Positions 1-15,000 of a stretch of 64,000 bases of DNA are shown here, in pieces. The stretch is from Novakomyces olei. Taxonomy: Eukaryota. Where the stretch lies: the NCBI GenBank assembly GCA_016906335.1, contig JADEYG010000003.1:1612001-1676000 (forward strand), read 5' to 3'. The position numbers and the translations under genes are program-made. Every line of letters begins with the position of its first letter. Position 1 is the stretch's first letter. The notes under the pieces are model-generated. The model saw nothing but the letters and a program-made list of their open reading frames with translations. It searched no databases and was not told the DNA's origin.

Positions 1-3000
1 GGTTGACCTATTCAATGCGGATTGCAAAGGACTCAAAGCGCTCTGTGAAGAATTAAACGACTCGGTTGACTTATTCAATGCAGAATGCAGCGGACTCAAC
101 GCACTCGTAGATGAATTAAACGACTTCTTAGTCTGGTCGGCGAGTGTTGTAGCACGGCTTGACTTATTCAATGCAGAATGCAGCGGACTCAATCCTGTCT
201 GTGAAGAATTAAACGACTCGGTTGACCTATTCAATGCAGAATGCAAAGGACTCAAAGCGCTCTGTGAAGAATTAAACGACTCGGTTGACCTATTCAATGC
301 AGAATGCAGCGGACTCGATGCGCTCGTCGATGAATTAAACGACTCGGTTGACCTATTCAATGCAGAATGCAAAGGACTCAACGCACTCGTAGATGAATTA
401 AACGACTTCTTAGACTGGTTGGCGAGTGTTGTAGCACCGCTTGACTTATTCAATGCGGATTGCAAAGGACTCAAAGCGCTCTGTAAAGAATTAAACGACT
501 CGGTTGACTTATTCAATGCAGATTGCAGCGGGCTCAACGCACTCGTGGATGAATTAAACGATTTCTTAGACTGGCCGGCGAGTGATTCTGCAGAGCTTGA
601 CTTATTCAATTCAGATTGCAAAGAACTCAAACCTGTCTGTGAAGAATTAAACGACTCAGTTGACTTATTCAATGCAGAATGCAGCGGCCTCAATCCTGTC
701 TGTGAAGAATTAAACGACTCGGTTGATTTATTCAATGCAGAATGCAAAGGACTCAAAGCGCTCTGTGAAGAATTAAACGACTCGGTTGACATATTCAATG
801 CAGAATGGAGCGGACTCGATGCGCTCGACGATGAATTAAACGACTCGGTTGACCTATTCAATGCAGATTGCAGCGGACTCAAACCTGTCTGTGAAGAATT
901 AAAGGACTCGCGTGATTTATTCAATGCAGAATGCAGCGGACTCAACGCACTCGTGGATGAATTAAACGACTTCTTAGACTGGCCGGCGAGTGATTCTGCA
1001 GAGCTTGACTTATTCAATGCAGATTGCAAAGGACTCAAAGCGCTCTGTGAAGAACTAAACGACTCGGTTGACTTATTCAATGCGGATTGCAGCGGACTCA
1101 AACCTGTCTGTGAAGAATTAAAGGACTCGCGTGATTTATTCAATGCAGAATGCAGCGGACTCAACGCACTCGTGGATAAATTAAACGACTTCTTAGACTG
1201 GCCGGCGAGTGATTCTGCAGAGCTTGACTTATTCAATGCAGATTGCAAAGGACTCAAAGCGCTCTGTGAAGAACTAAACGACTCGGTTGACCTATTCAAT
1301 GCGGATTGCAAAGGACTCAATCCTGTCTGTGAAGAATTAAACGACTCAGTTGACTTATTCAATGCAGATTGCAACGGCCTCAATCCTGTCTGTGAAGAAT
1401 TAAAGGACTCGCGTGATTTATTCAATGCAGAATGCAGCGGACTCAACGCACTCGTGGATAAATTAAACGACTTCTTAGACTGGCCGGCGAGTGATTCTGC
1501 AGAGCTTGACTTATTCAATGCGGATTGCAAAGAACTCAAAGCACTCTGTGAAGAATTAAACGACTCGGTTGACTTATTCAATGCAGATTGCAGCGGGCTC
1601 AACGCACTCGTGGATGAATTAAACGACTTCTTAGACTGGTTGGCGAGTGTTGTAGCACGGCTTGACTTATTCAATGCGGATTGCAAAGGACTCAAAGCGC
1701 TCTGTAAAGAATTAAACGACTCGGTTGACTTATTCAATGCAGATTGCAGCGGGCTCAACGCACTCGTGGATGAATTAAACGATTTCTTAGACTGGCCGGC
1801 GAGTGATTCTGCAGAGCTTGACTTATTCAATTCAGATTGCAAAGAACTCAAACCTGTCTGTGAAGAATTAAACGACTCGGTTGACTTATTCAATGCAGAA
1901 TGCAGCGGCCTCAATTCTGTCTGTGAAGAATTAAACGACTCAGTTGACCTATTCAATGCGGATTCCAAAGGACTCAATCCTGTCTGTGAAGAATTAAACG
2001 ACTCAGTTGACTTATTCAATGCAGATTGCAGCGGCCTCAATCCTGTCTGTGAAGAATTAAAGGACTCGCGTGATTTATTCAATGCAGAATGCAGCGGACT
2101 CAACGCACTCGTGGATAAATTAAACGACTTCTTAGACTGGCCGGCGAGTGATTCTGCAGAGCTTGACTTATTCAATGCAGATTGCAAAGGACTCAAAGCG
2201 CTCTGTGAAGAACTAAACGACTCGGTTGACCTATTCAATGCGGATTGCAAAGGACTCAAAGCGCTCTGTGAAGAATTAAACGACTCGGTTGACTTATTCA
2301 ATGCAGAATGCAGCGGACTCAACGCACTCGTAGATGAATTAAACGACTTCTTAGACTGGTCGGCGAGTGTTGTAGCACGGCTTGACTTATTCAATGCAGA
2401 ATGCAGCGGACTCAAAGCGCTCTGTGAAGAATTAAACGACTCGGTTGACCTATTCAATGCAGAATGCAGCGGACTCGATGCGCTCGTCGATGAATTAAAC
2501 GACTCGGTTGACCTATTCAATGCAGAATGCAAAGGACTCAACGCACTCGTAGATGAATTAAATGACTTCTTAGTCTGGTCGGCGAGTGTTGTAGCACGGC
2601 TTGACTTATTCAATGCAGAATGCAGCGGACTCAACGCACTCGTAGATGAATTAAACGACTTCTTAGTCTGGTCGGCGAGTGTTGTAGCACGGCTTGACTT
2701 ATTCAATGCAGAATGCAGCGGACTCAATCCTGTCTGTGAAGAAATAAACGACTCGGTTGACCTATTCAATGCAGAATGCAAAGGACTCAAAGCGCTCTGT
2801 GAAGAATTAAACGACTCGGTTGACTTATTCAATGCAGAATGCAGCGGACTCAAAGCGCTCTGTGAAGAATTAAACGACTCGGTTGACCTATTCAATGCAG
2901 AATGCAGCGGACTCGATGCGCTCGTCGATGAATTAAACGACTCGGTTGACCTATTCAATGCAGAATGCAAAGGACTCAACGCACTCGTAGATGAATTAAA

Positions 3001-6000
3001 TGACTTCTTAGTCTGGTCGGCGAGTGTTGTAGCACGGCTTGACTTATTCAATGCAGAATGCAGCGGACTCAATCCTGTCTGTGAAGAACTAAACGACTCG
3101 GTTGACCTATTCAATGCAGAATTCAAAGGACTCAAAGCGCTCTGTGAAGAATTAAACGACTCGGTTGACCTATTCAATGCGGATTGCAAAGGACTCAAAG
3201 CGCTCTGTAAAGAATTAAATGACTCGGTTGACCTATTCAATGCAGTATGCAGCGGACTCAACGCACTCGTAGATGAATTAAACGACTTCTTAGACTGGTT
3301 GGCGAGTGTTGTAGCACGGCTTGACTTATTCAATGCGGATTGCAAAGGACTCAAAGCGCTCTGTGAAGAATTAAACGACTCGGTTGACCTATTCAATGCA
3401 GAATGGAGCGGCCTCAATCCTGTCTGTGAAGAATTAAACGACTCGCGTGATTTATTCAATGCAGAATGCAGCGGCCTCAATCCTGTCTGTGAAGAATTAA
3501 ACGACTCGGTTGACCTATTCAATGCAGAATGCAAAGGACTCAAAGCGCTCTGTGAAGAATTAAACGACTCGGTTGACCTATTCAATGCAGAATGCAGCGG
3601 ACTCGATGCGCTCGTCGATGAATTAAACGACTCGGTTGACCTATTCAATGCAGAATGCAAAGGACTCAACGCACTCGTAGATGAATTAAATGACTTCTTA
3701 GTCTGGTCGGCGAGTGTTGTAGCACGGCTTGACTTATTCAATGCAGAATGCAGCGGACTCAACGCACTCGTAGATGAATTAAACGACTTCTTAGTCTGGT
3801 CGGCGAGTGTTGTAGCACGGCTTGACTTATTCAATGCAGAATGCAGCGGACTCAATCCTGTCTGTGAAGAAATAAACGACTCAGTTGACCTATTCAATGC
3901 AGATTGCAAAGGACTCAAAGCGCTCTGTGAAGAATTAAACGACTCGGTTGACCTATTCAATGCAGAATGCAAAGTACTCAAAGCGCTCTGTGAAGAATTA
4001 AACGACTCGGTTGACTTATTCAATGCAGAATGCAGCGGCCTCAATCCTGTCTGTGAAGAATTAAACGACTCGGTTGACTTATTCAATGCAGAATGCAGCG
4101 GCCTCAATCCTGTCTGTGAAGAATTAAACGACTCGCGTGATTTATTCAATGCAGAATGCAGCGGCCTCAATCCTGTCTGTGAAGAATTAAACGACTCGGT
4201 TGACCTATTCAATGCCGAATGCAGCGGACTCAAAGCGCTCTGTGAAGAATTAAACGACTCGGTTGACCTATTCAATGCAGTATGCAGCGGACTCAACGCA
4301 CTCGTAGATGAATTAAACGACTTCTTAGACTGGTTGGCGAGTGTTGTAGCACGGCTTGACTTATTCAATGCAGAATGCAGCGGACTCAATCCTGTCTGTG
4401 AAGAACTAAACGACTCGGTTGACCTATTCAATGCAGAATGCAGCGGACTCAATCCTGTCTGCGAAGAATTAAACGACTCGGTTGACCTATTCAATGCAGA
4501 ATGGAGCGGACTCGATGCGCTCGACGATGAATTAAACGACTCGGTTGACCTATTCAATGCAGATTGCAGCGGACTCAATCCTGTCTGTGAAGAATTAAAC
4601 GACTCGGTTGACCTATTCAATGCAGATTTCAGCGGACTCAATCCTGTCTGTGAAGAATTAGACGACTCGGTTGACCTATTCAATGCAGAATGCAGCGGAC
4701 TCAACGCACTCGTAGATGAATTAAACGACTTCTTAGTCTGGTCGGCGAGTGTTGTAGCACGGCTTGACTTATTCAATGCAGAATGCAGCGGACTCAATCC
4801 TGTCTGTGAAGAACTAAACGACTCGGTTGACCTATTCAATGCAGAATGCAAAGGACTCAAAGCGCTCTGTGAAGAATTAAACGAATCGGTTGACCTATTC
4901 AATGCAGAATGCAAAGGACTCAAAGCGCTCTGTGAAGAATTAAACGACTCGGTTGACCTATTCAATGCAGAATGCAGCGGACTCGATGCGCTCGTCGATG
5001 AATTAAACGACTTCTTAGACTGGTCGGCGAGTGTTGTAGCACGGCTTGACTTATTCAATGCAGATTGCAAAGGACTCAAAGCGCTCTGTGAAGAATTAAA
5101 CGACTCGGTTGACCTATTCAATGCAGAATGCAAAGGACTCAAAGCGCTCTGTGAAGAATTAAACGACTCGGTTGACCTATTCAATGCAGAATGCAAAGGA
5201 CTCAAAGCGCTCTGTGAAGAATTAAACGACTCGCGTGATTTATTCAATGCAGAATGCAAAGGACTCAAACCTGTCTGTGAAGAATTAAAGGACTCGCGTG
5301 ATTTATTCAATGCAGAATGCAGCGGACTCAACGCACTCGTGGATGAATTAAACGACTTCTTAGACTGGCCGGCGAGTGATTCCGCAGAGCTTGACTTATT
5401 CAATGCAGATTGCAAAGGACTCAAAGCGCTCTGTGAAGAACTAAACGACTCGGTTGACCTATTCAATGCGGATTGCAAAGGACTCAAAGCGCTCTGTGAA
5501 GAATTAAACGACTCGGTTGACCTATTCAATGCAGAATGCAAAGGACTCAAAGCGCTCTGTGAAGAATTAAACGACTCGGTTGACCTATTCAATGCAGAAT
5601 GCAAAGGACTCAAACCTGTCTGTGAAGAATTAAAGGACTCGCGTGATTTATTCAATGCAGAATGCAGCGGACTCAATCCTGTCTGTGAAGAACTAAACGA
5701 CTCGGTTGACCTATTCAATGCAGTATGCAGCGGACTCAACGCACTCGTAGATGAATTAAACGACTTCTTAGACTGGTTGGCGAGTGTTGTAGCACGGCTT
5801 GACTTATTCAATGCGGAATGCAAAGAACTCAAAGCGCTCTGTAAAGAATTAAACGACTCGGTTGACTTATTCAATGCAGAATGCAGCGGACTCAAAGCGC
5901 TCTGTGAAGAATTAAACGACTCGGTTGACCTATTCAATGCAGAATGCAGCGGCCTCAATCCCCTCTGTAAAGAATTAAACGACTCAGTTGACTTATTCAA

Positions 6001-9000
6001 TGCAGATTGCAGCGGCCTCAATCCTGTCTGTGAAGAATTAAACGACTCGGTTGACTTATTCAATGCAGAATGCAGCGGCCTCAATCCTGTCTGTGAAGAA
6101 TTAAACGACTCGCGTGATTTATTCAATGCAGAATGCAGCGGCCTCAATCCTGTCTGTGAAGAATTAAACGACTCGGTTGACCTATTCAATGCAGAATGCA
6201 GCGGACTCAAAGCGCTCTGTGAAGAATTAAACGACTCGGTTGACCTATTCAATGCAGTATGCAGCGGACTCAACGCACTCGTAGATGAATTAAACGACTT
6301 CTTAGACTGGTTGGCGAGTGTTGTAGCACGGCTTGACTTATTCAATGCGGATTGCAAAGGACTCAAAGCGCTCTGTAAAGAATTAAACGACTCGGTTGAC
6401 TTATTCAATGCAGATTGCAGCGGGCTCAACGCACTCGTGGATGAATTAAACGATTTCTTAGACTGGCCGGCGAGTGATTCTGCAGAGTTTGACTTATTCA
6501 ATTCAGATTGCAGCGGACTCAAACCTGTCTGTGAAGAATTAAACGACTCGGTTGACTTATTCAATGCAGAATGCAGCGGCCTCAATCCTGTCTGTGAAGA
6601 ATTAAACGACTCGGTTGACTTATTCAATGCAGATTGCAGCGGGCTCAATCCTGTCTGTGAAGAATTAAACGACTCGGTTGACTTATTCAATGCAGAATGC
6701 AGCGGACTCAACGCACTCGTAGATGAATTAAACGACTTCTTAGACTGGTTGGCGAGTGTTGTAGCACGGCTTGACTTATTCAATGCAGAATGCAGTGGAC
6801 TCAATCTTGTCTGTGAAGAATTAAACGACTCGCTTGACTTATTCAATGTGGATTGCAGTGGACTCAATCCTGTCTGTGAAGAATTAAGCGACTCGGTTGA
6901 CTTATTCAATGCAGAATGCAGCGAACTCAACGCACTCGTAGATGAATTAAACGACTTCTTAGACTGGTTGGCGAGTGTTGTAGCACGGCTTGACTTATTC
7001 AATGCAGATTGCAAAGGACTCAAAGCGCTCTGTGAAGAATTAAACGACTCGGTTGACTTATTCAATGTGGATTGCAGAGGGCTCAAAGCGCTCTGTGAAG
7101 AATTAAACGACTCGGTTGACTTATTCAATGCAGATTGCAGCGGGCTCAACGCATTCGTGGATGAATTAAACGATTTCTTAGACTGGCCGGCGAGTGATTC
7201 TGCAGAGCTTGACTTATTCAATTCAGATTGCAGCGGACTCAAACCTGTCTGTGAAGAATTAAAGGACTCGCGTGATTTATTCAATGCAGAATCCAGCGGA
7301 CTCAATCCTGTCTGTGAAGAATTAAACGACTCGGTTGACTTATTCAATGCAGAATGCAGCGGCCTCAATCCTGTCTGTGAAGAATTAAACGACTCGGTTG
7401 ACTTATTCAATGCAGATTGCAGCGGGCTCAACGCACTCGTAGATGAATTAAATGACTTCTTAGTCTGGTCGGCGAGTGTTGTAGCACGGCTTGACTTATT
7501 CAATGCAGAATGCAGCGGACTCAACGCACTCGTAGATGAATTAAACGACTTCTTAGTCTGGTCGGCGAGTGTTGTAGCACGGCTTGACTTATTCAATGCA
7601 GAATGCAGCGGACTCAATCCTGTCTGTGAAGAAATAAACGACTCAGTTGACCTATTCAATGCAGATTGCAAAGGACTCAAAGCGCTCTGTGAAGAATTAA
7701 ACGACTCGGTTGACCTATTCAATGCAGAATGCAAAGTACTCAATCCTGTCTGTGAAGAATTAAACGACTCGGTTGACTTATTCAATGCAGAATGCAGCGG
7801 CCTCAATCCCCTCTGTAAAGAATTAAACGACTCAGTTGACTTATTCAATGCAGATTGCAGCGGCCTCAATCCTGTCTGTGAAGAATTAAACGACTCGGTT
7901 GACTTATTCAATGCAGAATGCAGCGGCCTCAATCCTGTCTGTGAAGAATTAAACGACTCGCGTGATTTATTCAATGCAGAATGCAGCGGCCTCAATCCTG
8001 TCTGTGAAGAATTAAACGACTCGGTTGACCTATTCAATGCAGAATGCAGCGGACTCAAAGCGCTCTGTGAAGAATTAAACGACTCGGTTGACCTATTCAA
8101 TGCAGTATGCAGCGGACTCAACGCACTCGTAGATGAATTAAACGACTTCTTAGACTGGTTGGCGAGTGTTGTAGCACGGCTTGACTTATTCAATGCAGAA
8201 TGCAGCGGACTCAATCCTGTCTGTGAAGAACTAAACGACTCGGTTGACCTATTCAATGCAGAATGCAGCGGACTCAATCCTGTCTGCGAAGAATTAAACG
8301 ACTCGGTTGACCTATTCAATGCAGAATGGAGCGGACTCGATGCGCTCGACGATGAATTAAACGACTCGGTTGACCTATTCAATGCAGATTGCAGCGGACT
8401 CAATCCTGTCTGTGAAGAATTAAACGACTCGGTTGACCTATTCAATGCAGATTTCAGCGGACTCAATCCTGTCTGTGAAGAATTAGACGACTCGGTTGAC
8501 CTATTCAATGCAGAATGCAGCGGACTCAACGCACTCGTAGATGAATTAAACGACTTCTTAGTCTGGTCGGCGAGTGTTGTAGCACGGCTTGACTTATTCA
8601 ATGCAGAATGCAGCGGACTCAATCCTGTCTGTGAAGAACTAAACGACTCGGTTGACCTATTCAATGCAGAATGCAAAGGACTCAAAGCGCTCTGTGAAGA
8701 ATTAAACGAATCGGTTGACCTATTCAATGCAGAATGCAAAGGACTCAAAGCGCTCTGTGAAGAATTAAACGACTCGGTTGACCTATTCAATGCAGAATGC
8801 AGCGGACTCGATGCGCTCGTCGATGAATTAAACGACTTCTTAGACTGGTCGGCGAGTGTTGTAGCACGGCTTGACTTATTCAATGCAGATTGCAAAGGAC
8901 TCAAAGCGCTCTGTGAAGAATTAAACGACTCGGTTGACCTATTCAATGCAGAATGCAAAGGACTCAAAGCGCTCTGTGAAGAATTAAACGACTCGGTTGA

Positions 9001-12000
9001 CCTATTCAATGCAGAATGCAAAGGACTCAAAGCGCTCTGTGAAGAATTAAACGACTCGCGTGATTTATTCAATGCAGAATGCAAAGGACTCAAACCTGTC
9101 TGTGAAGAATTAAAGGACTCGCGTGATTTATTCAATGCAGAATGCAGCGGACTCAACGCACTCGTGGATGAATTAAACGACTTCTTAGACTGGCCGGCGA
9201 GTGATTCCGCAGAGCTTGACTTATTCAATGCAGATTGCAAAGGACTCAAAGCGCTCTGTGAAGAATTAAACGACTCGGTTGACCTATTCAATGCAGAATG
9301 CAGCGGACTCGATGCGCTCGTCGATGAATTAAACGACTTCTTAGACTGGTCGGCGAGTGTTGTAGCACGGCTTGACTTATTCAATGCAGATTGCAAAGGA
9401 CTCAAAGCGCTCTGTGAAGAATTAAACGACTCGGTTGACCTATTCAATGCAGAATGCAAAGGACTCAAAGCGCTCTGTGAAGAATTAAACGACTCGGTTG
9501 ACCTATTCAATGCAGAATGCAAAGGACTCAAAGCGCTCTGTGAAGAATTAAACGACTCGCGTGATTTATTCAATGCAGAATGCAAAGGACTCAAACCTGT
9601 CTGTGAAGAATTAAAGGACTCGCGTGATTTATTCAATGCAGAATGCAGCGGACTCAACGCACTCGTGGATGAATTAAACGACTTCTTAGACTGGCCGGCG
9701 AGTGATTCCGCAGAGCTTGACTTATTCAATGCGGATTGCAAAGGACTCAAAGCGCTCTGTGAAGAATTAAACGACTCGGTTGACCTATTCAATGCAGAAT
9801 GCAAAGGACTCAAAGCGCTCTGTGAAGAATTAAACGACTCGGTTGACCTATTCAATGCAGAATGCAAAGGACTCAAACCTGTCTGTGAAGAATTAAAGGA
9901 CTCGCGTGATTTATTCAATGCAGAATGCAGCGGACTCAATCCTGTCTGTGAAGAACTAAACGACTCGGTTGGCCTATTCAATGCAGTATGCAGCGGACTC
10001 AACGCACTCGTAGATGAATTAAACGACTTCTTAGACTGGTTGGCGAGTGTTGTAGCACGGCTTGACTTATTCAATGCGGAATGCAAAGAACTCAAAGCGC
10101 TCTGTAAAGAATTAAACGACTCGGTTGACTTATTCAATGCAGAATGCAGCGGACTCAAAGCGCTCTGTGAAGAATTAAACGACTCGGTTGACCTATTCAA
10201 TGCAGAATGCAGCGGCCTCAATCCCCTCTGTAAAGAATTAAACGACTCAGTTGACTTATTCAATGCAGATTGCAGCGGCCTCAATCCTGTCTGTGAAGAA
10301 TTAAACGACTCGGTTGACTTATTCAATGCAGAATGCAGCGGCCTCAATCCTGTCTGTGAAGAATTAAACGACTCGCGTGATTTATTCAATGCAGAATGCA
10401 GCGGCCTCAATCCTGTCTGTGAAGAATTAAACGACTCGGTTGACCTATTCAATGCAGAATGCAGCGGACTCGATGCGCTCGTCGATGAATTAAACGACTT
10501 CTTAGACTGGTCGGCGAGTGTTGTAGCACGGCTTGACTTATTCAATGCAGATTGCAAAGGACTCAAAGCGCTCTGTGAAGAATTAAACGACTCGGTTGAC
10601 CTATTCAATGCAGAATGCAGCGGACTCAAAGCGCTCTGTGAAGAATTAAACGACTCGGTTGACCTATTCAATGCAGTATGCAGCGGACTCAACGCACTCG
10701 TAGATGAATTAAACGACTTCTTAGACTGGTTGGCGAGTGTTGTAGCACGGCTTGACTTATTCAATGCAGAATGCAGCGGACTCAATCCTGTCTGTGAAGA
10801 ACTAAACGACTCGGTTGACCTATTCAATGCAGAATGCAGCGGACTCAATCCTGTCTGCGAAGAATTAAACGACTCGGTTGACCTATTCAATGCAGAATGG
10901 AGCGGACTCGATGCGCTCGACGATGAATTAAACGACTCGGTTGACCTATTCAATGCAGATTGCAGCGGACTCAATCCTGTCTGTGAAGAATTAAACGACT
11001 CGGTTGACCTATTCAATGCAGATTTCAGCGGACTCAATCCTGTCTGTGAAGAATTAGACGACTCGGTTGACCTATTCAATGCAGAATGCAGCGGACTCAA
11101 CGCACTCGTAGATGAATTAAACGACTTCTTAGTCTGGTCGGCGAGTGTTGTAGCACGGCTTGACTTATTCAATGCAGAATGCAGCGGACTCAATCCTGTC
11201 TGTGAAGAACTAAACGACTCGGTTGACCTATTCAATGCAGAATGCAAAGGACTCAAAGCGCTCTGTGAAGAATTAAACGAATCGGTTGACCTATTCAATG
11301 CAGAATGCAAAGGACTCAAAGCGCTCTGTGAAGAATTAAACGACTCGGTTGACCTATTCAATGCAGAATGCAGCGGACTCGATGCGCTCGTCGATGAATT
11401 AAACGACTTCTTAGACTGGTCGGCGAGTGTTGTAGCACGGCTTGACTTATTCAATGCAGATTGCAAAGGACTCAAAGCGCTCTGTGAAGAATTAAACGAC
11501 TCGGTTGACCTATTCAATGCAGAATGCAAAGGACTCAAAGCGCTCTGTGAAGAATTAAACGACTCGGTTGACCTATTCAATGCAGAATGCAAAGGACTCA
11601 AAGCGCTCTGTGAAGAATTAAACGACTCGCGTGATTTATTCAATGCAGAATGCAAAGGACTCAAACCTGTCTGTGAAGAATTAAAGGACTCGCGTGATTT
11701 ATTCAATGCAGAATGCAGCGGACTCAACGCACTCGTGGATGAATTAAACGACTTCTTAGACTGGCCGGCGAGTGATTCCGCAGAGCTTGACTTATTCAAT
11801 GCAGATTGCAAAGGACTCAAAGCGCTCTGTGAAGAATTAAACGACTCGGTTGACCTATTCAATGCAGAATGCAGCGGACTCGATGCGCTCGTCGATGAAT
11901 TAAACGACTTCTTAGACTGGTCGGCGAGTGTTGTAGCACGGCTTGACTTATTCAATGCAGATTGCAAAGGACTCAAAGCGCTCTGTGAAGAATTAAACGA

Positions 12001-15000
12001 CTCGGTTGACCTATTCAATGCAGAATGCAAAGGACTCAAAGCGCTCTGTGAAGAATTAAACGACTCGGTTGACCTATTCAATGCAGAATGCAAAGGACTC
12101 AAAGCGCTCTGTGAAGAATTAAACGACTCGCGTGATTTATTCAATGCAGAATGCAAAGGACTCAAACCTGTCTGTGAAGAATTAAAGGACTCGCGTGATT
12201 TATTCAATGCAGAATGCAGCGGACTCAACGCACTCGTGGATGAATTAAACGACTTCTTAGACTGGCCGGCGAGTGATTCCGCAGAGCTTGACTTATTCAA
12301 TGCGGATTGCAAAGGACTCAAAGCGCTCTGTGAAGAATTAAACGACTCGGTTGACCTATTCAATGCAGAATGCAAAGGACTCAAAGCGCTCTGTGAAGAA
12401 TTAAACGACTCGGTTGACCTATTCAATGCAGAATGCAAAGGACTCAAACCTGTCTGTGAAGAATTAAAGGACTCGCGTGATTTATTCAATGCAGAATGCA
12501 GCGGACTCAATCCTGTCTGTGAAGAACTAAACGACTCGGTTGGCCTATTCAATGCAGTATGCAGCGGACTCAACGCACTCGTAGATGAATTAAACGACTT
12601 CTTAGACTGGTTGGCGAGTGTTGTAGCACGGCTTGACTTATTCAATGCGGAATGCAAAGAACTCAAAGCGCTCTGTAAAGAATTAAACGACTCGGTTGAC
12701 TTATTCAATGCAGAATGCAGCGGACTCAAAGCGCTCTGTGAAGAATTAAACGACTCGGTTGACCTATTCAATGCAGAATGCAGCGGCCTCAATCCCCTCT
12801 GTAAAGAATTAAACGACTCAGTTGACTTATTCAATGCAGATTGCAGCGGCCTCAATCCTGTCTGTGAAGAATTAAACGACTCGGTTGACTTATTCAATGC
12901 AGAATGCAGCGGCCTCAATCCTGTCTGTGAAGAATTAAACGACTCGCGTGATTTATTCAATGCAGAATGCAGCGGCCTCAATCCTGTCTGTGAAGAATTA
13001 AACGACTCGGTTGACCTATTCAATGCAGAATGCAGCGGACTCGATGCGCTCGTCGATGAATTAAACGACTTCTTAGACTGGTCGGCGAGTGTTGTAGCAC
13101 GGCTTGACTTATTCAATGCAGATTGCAAAGGACTCAAAGCGCTCTGTGAAGAATTAAACGACTCGGTTGACCTATTCAATGCAGAATGCAAAGGACTCAA
13201 AGCGCTCTGTGAAGAATTAAACGACTCGGTTGACCTATTCAATGCAGAATGCAAAGGACTCAAAGCGCTCTGTGAAGAATTAAACGACTCGCGTGATTTA
13301 TTCAATGCAGAATGCAAAGGACTCAAACCTGTCTGTGAAGAATTAAAGGACTCGCGTGATTTATTCAATGCAGAATGCAGCGGACTCAACGCACTCGTGG
13401 ATGAATTAAACGACTTCTTAGACTGGCCGGCGAGTGATTCCGCAGAGCTTGACTTATTCAATGCGGATTGCAAAGGACTCAAAGCGCTCTGTGAAGAATT
13501 AAACGACTCGGTTGACCTATTCAATGCAGAATGCAAAGGACTCAAAGCGCTCTGTGAAGAATTAAACGACTCGGTTGACCTATTCAATGCAGAATGCAAA
13601 GGACTCAAACCTGTCTGTGAAGAATTAAAGGACTCGCGTGATTTATTCAATGCAGAATGCAGCGGACTCAATCCTGTCTGTGAAGAACTAAACGACTCGG
13701 TTGGCCTATTCAATGCAGTATGCAGCGGACTCAACGCACTCGTAGATGAATTAAACGACTTCTTAGACTGGTTGGCGAGTGTTGTAGCACGGCTTGACTT
13801 ATTCAATGCGGAATGCAAAGAACTCAAAGCGCTCTGTAAAGAATTAAACGACTCGGTTGACTTATTCAATGCAGAATGCAGCGGACTCAAAGCGCTCTGT
13901 GAAGAATTAAACGACTCGGTTGACCTATTCAATGCAGAATGCAGCGGCCTCAATCCCCTCTGTAAAGAATTAAACGACTCAGTTGACTTATTCAATGCAG
14001 ATTGCAGCGGCCTCAATCCTGTCTGTGAAGAATTAAACGACTCGGTTGACTTATTCAATGCAGAATGCAGCGGCCTCAATCCTGTCTGTGAAGAATTAAA
14101 CGACTCGCGTGATTTATTCAATGCAGAATGCAGCGGCCTCAATCCTGTCTGTGAAGAATTAAACGACTCGGTTGACCTATTCAATGCAGAATGCAGCGGA
14201 CTCAAAGCGCTCTGTGAAGAATTAAACGACTCGGTTGACCTATTCAATGCAGTATGCAGCGGACTCAACGCACTCGTAGATGAATTAAACGATTTCTTAG
14301 ACTGGCCGGCGAGTGATTCTGCAGAGTTTGACTTATTCAATTCAGATTGCAGCGGACTCAAACCTGTCTGTGAAGAATTAAACGACTCGGTTGACTTATT
14401 CAATGCAGAATGCAGCGGCCTCAATCCTGTCTGTGAAGAATTAAACGACTCGGTTGACTTATTCAATGCAGATTGCAGCGGGCTCAATCCTGTCTGTGAA
14501 GAATTAAACGACTCGGTTGACTTATTCAATGCAGAATGCAGCGGACTCAACGCACTCGTAGATGAATTAAACGACTTCTTAGACTGGTTGGCGAGTGTTG
14601 TAGCACGGCTTGACTTATTCAATGCAGAATGCAGTGGACTCAATCTTGTCTGTGAAGAATTAAACGATTCGCTTGACTTATTCAATGTGGATTGCAGTGG
14701 ACTCAATCCTGTCTGTGAAGAATTAAGCGACTCGGTTGACTTATTCAATGCAGAATGCAGCGAACTCAACGCACTCGTAGATGAATTAAACGACTTCTTA
14801 GACTGGTTGGCGAGTGTTGTAGCACGGCTTGACTTATTCAATGCAGATTGCAAAGGACTCAAAGCGCTCTGTGAAGAATTAAACGACTCGGTTGACTTAT
14901 TCAATGTGGATTGCAGAGGGCTCAAAGCGCTCTGTGAAGAATTAAACGACTCGGTTGACTTATTCAATGCAGATTGCAGCGGGCTCAACGCATTCGTGGA